Counted from the whole stretch's first letter, positions 19,604 through 29,004 are shown. The stretch is DNA of 60,691 nt, filler included, from 7 parts of 7 records of this genome joined end to end with filler, not necessarily neighbours in it, one strand, 5' to 3'. Notes: generated by a model from the letters alone, not told the origin. Numbers and translations are program-made.

Positions 19604-20028
19604 TAGTGTGGACAATACCTATATATGACAGAACCCAAGATGATGTAGATAATGATTCGTCAAAAGGTCAGATTAATTATGATGATCTAAACAGGATTGA
19701 GGGTAATACCCAATACTTAAGTGACCTGCTGAATCAGTATGGTTATAGCCATAAAATTATCACTAAATCTGACTGGAGTATCAATGATATAAGATACAAA
19801 GAAACAAGTAAGTCTCGAATAGTTGATAATATTGAGTATCTGGGAAAAATCTATATGCTGACAGGAGTAGAATTGCCTGACAGCATGGATAATCTGGAAT
19901 TTAAGGATGCAAACAATATTGAGCGAAACCTATATGTGATTAACCAAACTTTAGAGGCAATGATATACAACTTAAATAATTTTAATAAATGTGGAACTGT
20001 TTATACAGGAGGTAGCCCAATTATATGA
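19600..20028 (+). CDS. Phage tail-associated protein
   Basis: PIYDRTQ.DV, KG.INY.DLNRIE.N, NNIE.NL motifs; GTGA overlap. Confidence 0.65.
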   Translation: MIVWTIPIYDRTQDDVDNDSSKGQINYDDLNRIEGNTQYLSDLLNQYGYSHKIITKSDWSINDIRYKETSKSRIVDNIEYLGKIYMLTGVELPDSMDNLEFKDANNIERNLYVINQTLEAMIYNLNNFNKCGTVYTGGSPII

Positions 20029-20462
20029 TAACTCATAACAATATAAAAGCACCCAAAGACAGAGTGCCAGAGGTTGGTAAACAAGGCTATAGAAAGCTTA
20101 CAGATATAGAGACAGGAGAGATTAAAAACTACAAGGTAGAGTATGCAGATAATCCTAGCGAAGAGGGAACTTTAATAAATAAGGGTTATATTCAGACTAC
20201 TCGTGGTGCAAATCGTATATACGTAGAAGCTAGTGGACTGGTAGGCAATATGGTGCTATGCGCCGCTGGTGTATGGACTATATCTCAGAAAGGAACTCAT
20301 TATGCCGAATATGAGTATGTTCGTAATGGAATTACTTATACTGTTCTTGTTTCTGGTGGTAGTGCACGTATAGATTATATTCTGCAAGGTGTTAACTACT
20401 ACGCAGGAGAATTCGCAGATAAGCCGAATGCGATTATTAACCCACAGTTTGATGATGGTACT
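20025..20462 (+). CDS. Tail fibre / receptor-binding protein N-terminus (truncated)
   Basis: KDRVP...ADNPSEEGT.INK N-terminal pattern; runs into the linker. Confidence 0.5.
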
Positions 20463-20562
20463 NNNNNNNNNNNNNNNNNNNNNNNNNNNNNNNNNNNNNN
20501 NNNNNNTTAATTAATTAANNNNNNNNNNNNNNNNNNNNNNNNNNNNNNNNNNNNNNNNNNNN
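20463..20562. other. Artificial contig linker
   Basis: N-run, TTAATTAATTAA, N-run. Confidence 0.98.
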
Positions 20563-20700
20563 AAGGATCTCAGGGACTTTAATCATGCACCGGCGGTGGA
20601 TCAGGTCGGAAAGCTTGGAGGCCGCGTTACCGGCCCCGATGTTCCCGATCTCCTTAAGATCATTAATCTGTTCTTCGGTGAGCTTTAGAATTTCCATCAT
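20563..20700 (-). CDS. cheC: CheC-family phosphatase, second copy (truncated)
   Basis: DLKEIGNIGAGNAASKLS (D-x-x-E-x-x-N motif). Confidence 0.85.
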
Positions 20701-20769
20701 GATTTTGTCCTTTTAATAGAGGGCCATGGTTTATTAAAAATTGAATATTCAATATTCGATATTCAATTC

Positions 20770-21378
20770 TTATTCCCCCAATCCTAACGCTTTAACCATG
20801 CGATTCAGGGATTCATGATTCATGATATAAAGAAATGTCCCTTCAAATGGACTTTCCGTCCCATGGAACCGAGAGTGGATGACCAGCTTGTCTTCATCAG
20901 GCTTATCCAGCTGATTGATCAGCAGATCCAGAGACGTGCTCCAACTGTCCACAACCACTTCCGGCATGGACAGCTTGTACCGGATATGGAGGAATTCGCC
21001 CACGGCCTTGACAAAAGAGACCGTCAGCAGTTCGGCCAAATTCTTAAGGGCATACTGGGCCACAAAAGAAAAGTCTTTGCTTGAACGCCTTTCAGGGAAA
21101 GGGAGCATCATCTTGAGCAGCTTCTGTGCATCCCGCTTTTTCATGAGGACCATCATGATCGCGGGGATATCTCCATGGACCCTGATCATGATAGATACGG
21201 CCAGGACCCTGTCCATATCGAATCGTGTCTTGATATCAGCCACAGGCAGAAAAGCGGTCTCCGGGATATTCACCCTGCACCGTTGATGGATCTTATCCGA
21301 CAGGCGGGAAGCCGCGTACCCGGCGCCGATATTCCCGATCTCCTGAAGGTCTTCGAGGATCTGCGGATCCATTTTCAT
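20770..21378 (-). CDS. cheC: CheC-family phosphatase
   Basis: DLQEIGNIGAGYAASRLS...VNIP motif. Confidence 0.88.
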   Translation of the reverse strand: MKMDPQILEDLQEIGNIGAGYAASRLSDKIHQRCRVNIPETAFLPVADIKTRFDMDRVLAVSIMIRVHGDIPAIMMVLMKKRDAQKLLKMMLPFPERRSSKDFSFVAQYALKNLAELLTVSFVKAVGEFLHIRYKLSMPEVVVDSWSTSLDLLINQLDKPDEDKLVIHSRFHGTESPFEGTFLYIMNHESLNRMVKALGLGE

Positions 21379-21743
21379 TCCCCCAATACATTTTTAAGGA
21401 CCTTGATCAACTCGTTGGGCTGAAAGGGTTTGGCAATAAATCCCCGTGCGCCGGCCTTGACGGCATCCTCGGCCATGAGCTTCTGGCCAAGGGATGTCAG
21501 CACAACAACACTTGCCTGAGGGTCTATCTTTAAAATCTCCGTTAAGGCCTCCATCCCCTCCATCTCGGGCATGATCATGTCCATGGTCACCAGATCGGGT
21601 TTCAGCCGGCCGAACAGTTCGACGGCCTCCCGCCCGGTCTTGGCCTCCCCGGCCACTTCGTAGCCTGCGGCCTTCACGGTGTTAGTGATCAAACGCCTCA
21701 TTATTCGGGCATCGTCGGCAATCAGAATTCGCTTAGACATCAT
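21375..21743 (-). CDS. cheY: Single-domain response regulator CheY
   Basis: ILIADD, DLVTMDMIMPEMEG, TSLGQ, FIAKPF. Confidence 0.9.
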   Translation of the reverse strand: MMSKRILIADDARIMRRLITNTVKAAGYEVAGEAKTGREAVELFGRLKPDLVTMDMIMPEMEGMEALTEILKIDPQASVVVLTSLGQKLMAEDAVKAGARGFIAKPFQPNELIKVLKNVLGE

Positions 21744-21784
21744 TATTCCCCCTTTGGATTAAATATTTAAAATTAAATATTCAA

Positions 21785-24052
21785 TCACCTATACGTTCTC
21801 CTCAACACCGCCCTGACCCGATATACCAGTTCATCCATCGAAAAGGGCTTGGCCAAATAGTCGTCCGTCCCCACCTCAAACCCCTCCAAGCGATCCTCAA
21901 TCTCGCCTTTTTGAGAAAGGACGATCACCGGAATAAAGGCCGTGGCAATCTCCTTTCGCAATCGTCTGATCAGTTCCAGGCCGTCCATTTCAGGCATCAA
22001 AATATCCGTGATCACAAGATGAGGCTTTACCCGGCGGATACTTTCCAGGGCCTCCCTGCCATTCGCCGCAGTCGTCAGGTCAAATTGTTTCTTGAGCAAT
22101 AAGAAGGCCAACGCCTGAACCAGGATTTCATCGTCATCCACCAGAAGGATCTTGAACCCCTTGTAATCGTCCCCATTCCCCTCGCCCATACCGGGTGAGG
22201 GGATTTTTTCCGGATCATTGATGAGGACAACCCCCGCATCCGGAAACGCTTTCACCGCATGGCTGCAGAAGGGGCACGTCTGCCACTCGGGCTCAAGAGG
22301 CTTTTGACAGTGCGGGCATTTCAATCCCGCGGCCGGTTCGTCTTCCTGGGCTGCAAACAGGACCCTGTCCAGCTCCTCCACCGTGGTAATCCCCTGTTTG
22401 ATCTTCTCAAGAGCGTCCTCTATCAAAGATCCCATCCCATTCTCCACAGCCGCCGTCCTGATCTTTCCCTCCGAAGCCCCCTGGTTGATCAGCTCCCGAA
22501 TCTCCCCGGCCATCACCAGGATTTCGTAAACCCCGATCCTTCCCTTATATCCCGTATGCTGGCAGAGCTCGCATCCCTTGCCCCGGTAGAAGAGAAAGTC
22601 TATCTCTTTCCCTAATCTGGCCTCGATCTTCTTCACCATTTCCTCAGAAGGATCATATGCATCCCGGCAGTTTTCGCAGATGACCCGCACCAGGCGTTGG
22701 GAAACAATGCCCGACAAGGAAGAGGCTATTAAATAGGGCTCTATTTCCAGGTCCTTAAGCCGATTAATGGTAGAAACGGCATCGTTGGTATGGACCGTGC
22801 TCAAAACGAGGTGTCCCGTCAGGGAGGATCGCATGGCAATATCCGCAGTCTCCCCATCCCGAATCTCCCCCACGAAAACCACATTGGGGTCCTGCCTTAA
22901 AATAGATCTCAGGGCTTTGGCGAAGGTCAGTCCGGCCTTCTCATTGATCTGAACCTGATTGGCCCCATCAATCCTGTATTCGATCGGGTCTTCCAGGGTA
23001 ATGATATTGACCTTTTTCCGGACGATTTCATTGATCAGCGCATAAATCGTGGTGGTCTTGCCGCTTCCGGTGGGACCGCACACCAGAATCATCCCCTGCG
23101 AGAGGTGGATCATTTCCTGCAACTTCACCAACTCATCGGGAAGCAGGCCCAGCTCTCCGGTCGTCGTGATGTTCTTCCCCGTTTCAAGGATTCTGATCAC
23201 CACTTTTTCCCCGTATTGGGTGGGGAGGGTTGAGACCCTGAGGTCAACGATTTTCTCATCCATCCTTAATTTGACCTTGCCGTCCTGGGGAATGCGCCTT
23301 TCGGAAATGTCCATGCCGCACATGATCTTGATTCGGGAGACGAGGGCGCCCTGCACCCACTTGGGCGCCCGCATGGCTTCGCTCAGAATTCCGTCTATTC
23401 TGTTTCGCACCAGGAGTTCCCTTTCCTGGGGCTCGATGTGGATGTCGCTGGCACGGGACGTGATACCCGTAATAACAATAGAATTAACCAGCTTGACGAT
23501 GGGGGCCAACTGGCTCTTCCGCTTCAAGTCACTGAGATCCTCTTCGTCCAAATACTCATCACCGATAAACTCTACACCCACACCGCCTGCAAGATTCTTA
23601 AGGATCCTATCGATGGAGTCACCCGCGCCATAATGCAGGAGGAGGGCCTCATCAATATCGCTGCCGGGAGCGATGTTCGGGCGGATGTTCAAACCGGCGG
23701 CAAATCGCGCCATATCAACGGCTTCGTTATCGAGAGGATCCTTCATGGCCACAACCAGGTTTCTCCCTTCAAAATAGACGGGCAGAAGGTGGTGTTTTTT
23801 GACCAACTTTAAGGGGATACGTTCAATGGCTTTGGGATCTATGGCGACATTTTTTAAATCGAGGAATGGGATGCCGAGTTGGAAGGACATGGCCTTGGCT
23901 AAATCCCTTTCATTGGCAAATTTCAGACGAACCAGCGTCTCGCCCAGTTGTTCATGGGGATTTTTCCGGTTTTCTTCGAGAACGAGCGTTAGCTCCTCTT
24001 CATCTATTAAACCGGCCTTGACGAATATTTCGCCTATTTTTTCCTTTGCCAA
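21785..24052 (-). CDS. PilB/GspE-family ATPase with N-terminal MshEN-like domain, C-terminal double zinc ribbon and receiver domain
   Basis: KIGEIFV.AGLI / QLGETLV; ASDIHIEP; Walker A GPTGSGKTT; TLEDPIE; VGEIRD; LTGHLVLSTVH; CENC/CELC; CPHC/CPFC; REC with VDDD, TDILMPEMDG, AKPF. Probable TTG start at 24052. Confidence 0.93.
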   Translation of the reverse strand: MAKEKIGEIFVKAGLIDEEELTLVLEENRKNPHEQLGETLVRLKFANERDLAKAMSFQLGIPFLDLKNVAIDPKAIERIPLKLVKKHHLLPVYFEGRNLVVAMKDPLDNEAVDMARFAAGLNIRPNIAPGSDIDEALLLHYGAGDSIDRILKNLAGGVGVEFIGDEYLDEEDLSDLKRKSQLAPIVKLVNSIVITGITSRASDIHIEPQERELLVRNRIDGILSEAMRAPKWVQGALVSRIKIMCGMDISERRIPQDGKVKLRMDEKIVDLRVSTLPTQYGEKVVIRILETGKNITTTGELGLLPDELVKLQEMIHLSQGMILVCGPTGSGKTTTIYALINEIVRKKVNIITLEDPIEYRIDGANQVQINEKAGLTFAKALRSILRQDPNVVFVGEIRDGETADIAMRSSLTGHLVLSTVHTNDAVSTINRLKDLEIEPYLIASSLSGIVSQRLVRVICENCRDAYDPSEEMVKKIEARLGKEIDFLFYRGKGCELCQHTGYKGRIGVYEILVMAGEIRELINQGASEGKIRTAAVENGMGSLIEDALEKIKQGITTVEELDRVLFAAQEDEPAAGLKCPHCQKPLEPEWQTCPFCSHAVKAFPDAGVVLINDPEKIPSPGMGEGNGDDYKGFKILLVDDDEILVQALAFLLLKKQFDLTTAANGREALESIRRVKPHLVITDILMPEMDGLELIRRLRKEIATAFIPVIVLSQKGEIEDRLEGFEVGTDDYLAKPFSMDELVYRVRAVLRRTYR

Positions 24053-24105
24053 CGCAAACCCCCATTTTGGATATTGAATATTTGTTTTCCGAAATCCAAA
24101 ATCCC

Positions 24106-25194
24106 TCAAAGTGATTTCAAAATCTCACCCGATATTTTTTTCAGAGGGGCGACCGTGTCGATCCCTCCCTTTTCAATGGCGACCCTGGGCATCCCGAATA
24201 TGATGGAAGTGGCCTCATCCTGGGCAATGGTTGCGCCTCCCCGGTCTCTCACCTCTTTGATCCCCATGGCCCCATCATCACCCATGCCGGTCATGATCAC
24301 ACTGCACGCGCCGGGCCCGCATACCCGGGCCACCGATGAAAAAAAAACATCGGCGGAGGGCCTGTGAAGGGTGTTGGACGGTTCCTTACTCAAAGCCGTG
24401 TAGATTTTTCCCTCCATTCGCCTGACGGTCAGGTGGCGCCCTGTCGGCCCCAGGAGGCCCAGGCCCGGCCGAACCGGTTCGGCGTCCCCGGCAACCCTTA
24501 TCTCAAGGGATGATACGCTGTTGAGCCTTTCGGCAAGGGCGTGGGAAAACCCCTCACTCATATGCTGGACAATCACCAGGCCCGCCGGAAGGTTTGCGGG
24601 GAGATTCCCCAGGAGAATCTGAAGGGCCGCGGGACCTCCCGTGGATGCGGCTACGGCAACCAGTTCTTTTTTTATTCCGGACCTTTCAGCCATTGCGAAA
24701 GCAGGGGCGCCGTCCCGAGGCATTTGGGATAAGCTGGCGATGATATCCCTGAATTTCCCGGAAGCCACATTCACCCCGGCCGCTACCTTCAGCTTGCTCG
24801 TGTATACTGTCTTCACCTTTTGGACCAGATCCCCGGTGACTTTATCGATATCCAGGGAAATGGGACCGGACGGCTTGTGAATGTAATCGACGGCCCCCAT
24901 GGAAAGGGCCTCCATGGTCTGTCTGGCCCCTTCATAGGTCACCGAACTGAGCATGAGGACGGGGGTCGGCGCCTCAGCCATAATGTGCCTGAGTGCGGTC
25001 AGGCCGTCCATGACCGGCATGATCACATCCAGGGTAATCACGTCGGGCCGGAGTTTCTTGGTCATCTCAATGGCCTCCCGGCCGTTGGCCGCCGTCCCGA
25101 TCACCTTGATTTCCGGATCCCTTTCCAGGAGACGGGGAAGGTTGCGCCGTAAAAAGGCCGAATCATCCACCACTAAAACGCGAATCTGTTTCAT
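24106..25194 (-). CDS. cheB: Chemotaxis protein-glutamate methylesterase
   Basis: REC domain plus methylesterase with ASTGGP, VQHM, RPSAD, MTGMGDDG. Confidence 0.96.
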   Translation of the reverse strand: MKQIRVLVVDDSAFLRRNLPRLLERDPEIKVIGTAANGREAIEMTKKLRPDVITLDVIMPVMDGLTALRHIMAEAPTPVLMLSSVTYEGARQTMEALSMGAVDYIHKPSGPISLDIDKVTGDLVQKVKTVYTSKLKVAAGVNVASGKFRDIIASLSQMPRDGAPAFAMAERSGIKKELVAVAASTGGPAALQILLGNLPANLPAGLVIVQHMSEGFSHALAERLNSVSSLEIRVAGDAEPVRPGLGLLGPTGRHLTVRRMEGKIYTALSKEPSNTLHRPSADVFFSSVARVCGPGACSVIMTGMGDDGAMGIKEVRDRGGATIAQDEATSIIFGMPRVAIEKGGIDTVAPLKKISGEILKSL

Positions 25195-25796
25195 AATGAT
25201 CTCCGATCAGTTTCAAGGCTTAAAGATTCAGGTTCCTTTATGCCTGGATCCTTTGACGCCTGATTTCCCTTATTGGCTGTTTCCTTCAAGATCTTTCTTA
25301 TATCCAGGACGATGAGCATCCGGTCGTTCAATGGGCTGACCCCCTTGAAATACTCCGCCTGGATCTTGGCCACATCCGGTGGAGGGGGCTGAAAAGCCTC
25401 AAAGGAGAGCCGCAGCAATTCCCACATACGATCCGCTACAATTCCCACCAGGACCTCATCCCATTTCATGATAATAATACGGCTGTCCGGACCCGGCTCT
25501 TTCCGGTTGAGATGGAACAGAATCCGAAGATCAATCACCGGAACAATGATCCCCCGAAGGTTGATGAGACCCAGAATATAGTCTGAGACATTGGGAAGGG
25601 GCATAATGGGGACCATCTCCATCATCTCGGCAACATCTTCAATATCCGCCCCGTAAAGCTCATCGTCCAGTTCAAAGGCAACGATCTTCCTGAGATTGCG
25701 TTCCCGCCTCTCTTCAAACTCATCTTCCCAGTCATCATCATTGTTGTTTGCTGATTGTTGATTGTTGATTGATTCCATTGCGGATTGTCCTTCCAT
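25191..25796 (-). CDS. cheW: Chemotaxis adaptor CheW
   Basis: F.L.DE.YG, PN...YILGLINLRG.IVPVIDLR; start at 25796 after AAGGAG. Confidence 0.92.
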   Translation of the reverse strand: MEGQSAMESINNQQSANNNDDDWEDEFEERRERNLRKIVAFELDDELYGADIEDVAEMMEMVPIMPLPNVSDYILGLINLRGIIVPVIDLRILFHLNRKEPGPDSRIIIMKWDEVLVGIVADRMWELLRLSFEAFQPPPPDVAKIQAEYFKGVSPLNDRMLIVLDIRKILKETANKGNQASKDPGIKEPESLSLETDRRSL

Positions 25797-25815
25797 CTTT
25801 TCGATCTCCTTCCAC

Positions 25816-25845
25816 CTGGTTCCCATGCTCCGGCGTGGGAACGAG
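25816..25845. repeat. REP-like palindrome
   Basis: GTTCCCATGC-TCCG-GCGTGGGAAC (25819-25842) between the two cheW genes. Confidence 0.65.
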
Positions 25846-25881
25846 AGGAAAACTTAAAACCTGAAACTGCGGCTTACCGCA

Positions 25882-26637
25882 TCAGATCCTTGCGTTGTTT
25901 TGGGTCTGTTGCCCGTTGCCTTTGCCGGAGTTACAGGAGTCATGTTTTGAGTGCACTTCAACCTCTGAACCCAGGTCCAACATCTCTTTTTCATTCATGG
26001 TCAAGATTTTATTGAGATTCAGGATGACAAGGAACCGATCCTCCAGATAGACCACCCCTTCCATGAAGCGGGTCCTGATGCCCCCCACAATCTCGCTGGC
26101 CGCCTCGATCAGCCGGGTGGGCACGGTCAAGAGTTCGGAGGCGGAATCCACCACAAACCCCACATACTTCTTCTTCAGGCGCACGATGATGGTGCAGGTT
26201 TGATAGGACTTCTGAACAACCGGTAAATGTAACCGCTTTCTCAGGTCCACGATGGGAACGATCCGCCCCCGGAGCTTGATCACCCCATCCACAAAATCCG
26301 GGGCCTCAACGACCGGGGAAATGGTTGGGGCGCCCAGGATCTCTTTGACCTGACGCACATCCACGGCATGCTCGTGATCAGCTAATTTGAAGACCAGGAC
26401 GCGGATGGACGGCTCATTTTGGATCTCGGATTTCGGATTTCGGATTTCGGATTTTTCGGCATCCGGCGCATCAGCAACTGCAACGGCTTCATTGTTGCCC
26501 GACGGCATTGCTGTCCGCGCTTCACCGTCCCGATTCCCATGGACCGTCTTTTTCTCGGGCGTTTTTTCTTCAACCCGAGCTTTTTCCTTTTGGGCTTCTT
26601 TTTCTTTGGTCTTCTTTCTCGCTTCTGGTATGTCCAT
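25882..26637 (-). CDS. cheW: Chemotaxis adaptor CheW with low-complexity N-terminal extension
   Basis: VKEI, APDFVDGVIKLRGRIVPIVDLRKRL, VGFVVD. Confidence 0.92.
   Translation of the reverse strand: MDIPEARKKTKEKEAQKEKARVEEKTPEKKTVHGNRDGEARTAMPSGNNEAVAVADAPDAEKSEIRNPKSEIQNEPSIRVLVFKLADHEHAVDVRQVKEILGAPTISPVVEAPDFVDGVIKLRGRIVPIVDLRKRLHLPVVQKSYQTCTIIVRLKKKYVGFVVDSASELLTVPTRLIEAASEIVGGIRTRFMEGVVYLEDRFLVILNLNKILTMNEKEMLDLGSEVEVHSKHDSCNSGKGNGQQTQNNARI
26417..26459 (-). repeat. Heptamer tandem repeat (AAATCCG)n inside the cheW N-terminus
   Basis: Plus strand GGATCTC GGATTTC GGATTTC GGATTTC GGATTTT; translates as KSEIRNPKSEIQN. Confidence 0.9.
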
Positions 26638-26672
26638 GGATCGTTACTCCCTTTGCCAAATCCAAAATCGAA

Positions 26673-26693
26673 TCACACCTTAAACCCCTTCGT
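26673..26693 (-). CDS. Possible extreme C-terminus of a methyl-accepting chemotaxis protein
   Basis: Reads TKGFKV* at the contig edge upstream of cheW; FKV* is a common MCP ending, but only 6 codons are visible. Confidence 0.3.
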   Translation of the reverse strand, partial: TKGFKV

Positions 26694-26694
26694 G

Positions 26695-26794
26695 NNNNNN
26701 NNNNNNNNNNNNNNNNNNNNNNNNNNNNNNNNNNNNNNTTAATTAATTAANNNNNNNNNNNNNNNNNNNNNNNNNNNNNNNNNNNNNNNNNNNN
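26695..26794. other. Artificial contig linker
   Basis: N-run, TTAATTAATTAA, N-run. Confidence 0.98.
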
Positions 26795-27281
26795 CCTGGT
26801 GGCAACGGCTCTTGAAGAGGCCGGTCATGCCGCCGTGGCGCCGATGCTGTCTCCTTTTTGGGAAAGCAAAACATCCGACAGATTCGTATTTGCATCCAAC
26901 TGGTCGGAACGCCATGCAGCCCACGCCGCCGGATTAGGCACATTTGGGCTTTGCGACGGCTTAATCACGCCCGTGGGCAAGGCTATTCGAGTGGGTTCGG
27001 TTGTGGCTCGCATTAACATTCCTGCTACCCCCCGGCCTTACCAGACTCACCAGGAATACTGTCTTTTTTATTCAAAGGGAACCTGTGGAAAATGTATTAA
27101 ACGCTGCCCGGTTGACGCTTTGTCTGAAGCCGGCCACGACAAGGTCAAATGCCTGGCCCATCTGCAACCCGTCACTGAAGATTATGTGAAAGAGAATTTC
27201 AAATTCGACGGGTACGGCTGCGGCCTCTGCCAGACGGGCGTCCCCTGCGAATCAAGAATCCCCGGCCCCAAGGAAGGATAA
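26795..27281 (+). CDS. Epoxyqueuosine reductase-like 4Fe-4S protein (5' truncated)
   Basis: WSERHAA.AAGLGTFG, CGKCIKRCP, CGLCQTGVPC. Confidence 0.85.
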
Positions 27282-27586
27282 TATCGGCCAAGTGGAAATT
27301 ACCTGTAATTTAATATGGATCTTTGCGGCTGCTTTTCCGCTTGGCGTCACTTTAAAGTGTCGGTCCTACAAAATACCTCTTGTTATAATAATGAAGCTCA
27401 TCGTTGAAATAAAGCGATCAAATATATTAACTGACGCCGTCACTGCTCTTGGATTATCGTGATGCCGTTTATACTGCGCCGTCCATCCGCAGTGCAATGC
27501 ATCCCTTGATGCGAAGTTCGAGTTTGTATTAATATATTTTATAAAGAAGAGAGAAACCGAATAAACGTAATAACGGAAGCCTAATT

Positions 27587-28897
27587 ATGCGTTTGTATAA
27601 TAGCAAGATAATTCTGATTATCCTTTGCCTGAGCATTGTATTGGCGCATGCCGCAACGGTCCAGGCCGTTGATGTTCTGCGCGACGTCGGCGACGAGGGC
27701 GAATTTAAGAGAACGCCGATAATCCTTCCTTTTGCCTTTTATTCAGAAAGTTTCGCCCTGGCTCTCGGTGTGGGAGGGGGAGCCTCCGGATACCAAAAAG
27801 GGCAGATGGGATTGTATGGCGCCGTTTTAGGCACGACTAATGAAACAGCCGGGCTGTATTTATTAGGCACGGATATACAGATCCCCGGGACCGAGCGCCT
27901 TTTCGCAACATATACCGGAATCCTGGCCCGCTATACCGAGCAGCAATATTACGGTAGAGACAGCCAGTCTTATTCGGCCGTAAGACCCGGTTCAAATGAT
28001 TCCGATAAAGATGATTTTATCGTCGGCTTGAGTTACGACTATCTGCTGGAGATCGAATTCAAATACGTTCTGCCGATCGGGCATGCCAGGGATAAAGCCA
28101 TTAACACTTACTGGCTGGACCGGGGGCTGATGGTCAGGGGGGAAACAGGCGGCGACGTCTGGAATCCGCTGACCAGCGGCCGCACATTTTTATCCGTGAC
28201 CCCCTTTTACAGGTATCGGGACCTGGAAGTGAGCGATGATGACAAACGCATCAACGCCACTAACGGCCTGGAATTTACAATCGAGCACGAAAACCTCGAT
28301 TATGATCGCAGCCCTACCAAGGGAAGTTTTCAGCGCCTGACTTTCGCCAGGGATTTCGGCCTGCTTGACAGCAGCGACACTTGGAGCACAATCGAAGGAG
28401 AGTTCGGCAAGTTTTTCGATTTGGGCAAGACAAAGCGTTTCAGGCAAAGAGTGCTGGCCTTTAATTTCTGGACAATCGACACGCCGACCTGGAAAGTGGA
28501 AGAAACTCCCGCCGGCCCAAAAATACACCACGACCCTCCCCTGTATCGGGGCGCATCCCTTGGCGGGTACGACCGCTTGAAAGGCTATCCGTTTGACAGA
28601 TTTCACGACAAAAGCGCCATATATTACAATGCCGAACTAAGGGTCATTCCCGAATGGAATCCGTGGAGAAATATTTCCTGGTTGGATTTTTTCCAGATTG
28701 ACTGGTGGCAAATAGTCGCTTTTGTGGAAGCGGGCCGGGTGGCTGAAAATTGGGATCTGAAAGAGCTTCACACGGATATGAAAAGCGACGTGGGCATTGG
28801 TATAAGGTTGATGACCATGAAATCCGTGGTCAGACTGGACGCCGCTTTTTCTGACGAGACATTCGCCGTTTGGGCCATGGTCGGGCAATCATTTTAG
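27587..28897 (+). CDS. BamA/TamA-like outer membrane beta-barrel protein
   Basis: Signal peptide; LGGYDRLKGY..DRFHDK, Y.AELR, DVGIGIR, terminal GQSF. Confidence 0.8.
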   Translation: MRLYNSKIILIILCLSIVLAHAATVQAVDVLRDVGDEGEFKRTPIILPFAFYSESFALALGVGGGASGYQKGQMGLYGAVLGTTNETAGLYLLGTDIQIPGTERLFATYTGILARYTEQQYYGRDSQSYSAVRPGSNDSDKDDFIVGLSYDYLLEIEFKYVLPIGHARDKAINTYWLDRGLMVRGETGGDVWNPLTSGRTFLSVTPFYRYRDLEVSDDDKRINATNGLEFTIEHENLDYDRSPTKGSFQRLTFARDFGLLDSSDTWSTIEGEFGKFFDLGKTKRFRQRVLAFNFWTIDTPTWKVEETPAGPKIHHDPPLYRGASLGGYDRLKGYPFDRFHDKSAIYYNAELRVIPEWNPWRNISWLDFFQIDWWQIVAFVEAGRVAENWDLKELHTDMKSDVGIGIRLMTMKSVVRLDAAFSDETFAVWAMVGQSF

Positions 28898-29004
28898 CAT
28901 TATGGTCCGTGGAAAGCATGTCACAAAGGAAACTGGCCATTCAGCTTCATTAACCGGGGCGCTATAAAAAAACGAAAGATTTTTTATATGACTAATCTCA
29001 ACGT

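Larger units (their letters stand above)
8843..20462 (+). mobile_element. Siphophage (or prophage) virion morphogenesis module
   Basis: Co-oriented, tightly overlapping AT-rich genes in the order scaffold, capsid, head-tail connectors, tail tube, chaperones, tape measure, tail tip. Confidence 0.95.

Noticed and set aside
8968-20462. Stop-codon reassignment in the phage
   Set aside because: Genes are full length under the standard code and TAA, TAG and TGA all end genes.
8843-26694. Phage module next to a pilus ATPase/chemotaxis operon as a single system
   Set aside because: Separated by a linker and clearly different in composition; adjacency is an artefact of concatenation.
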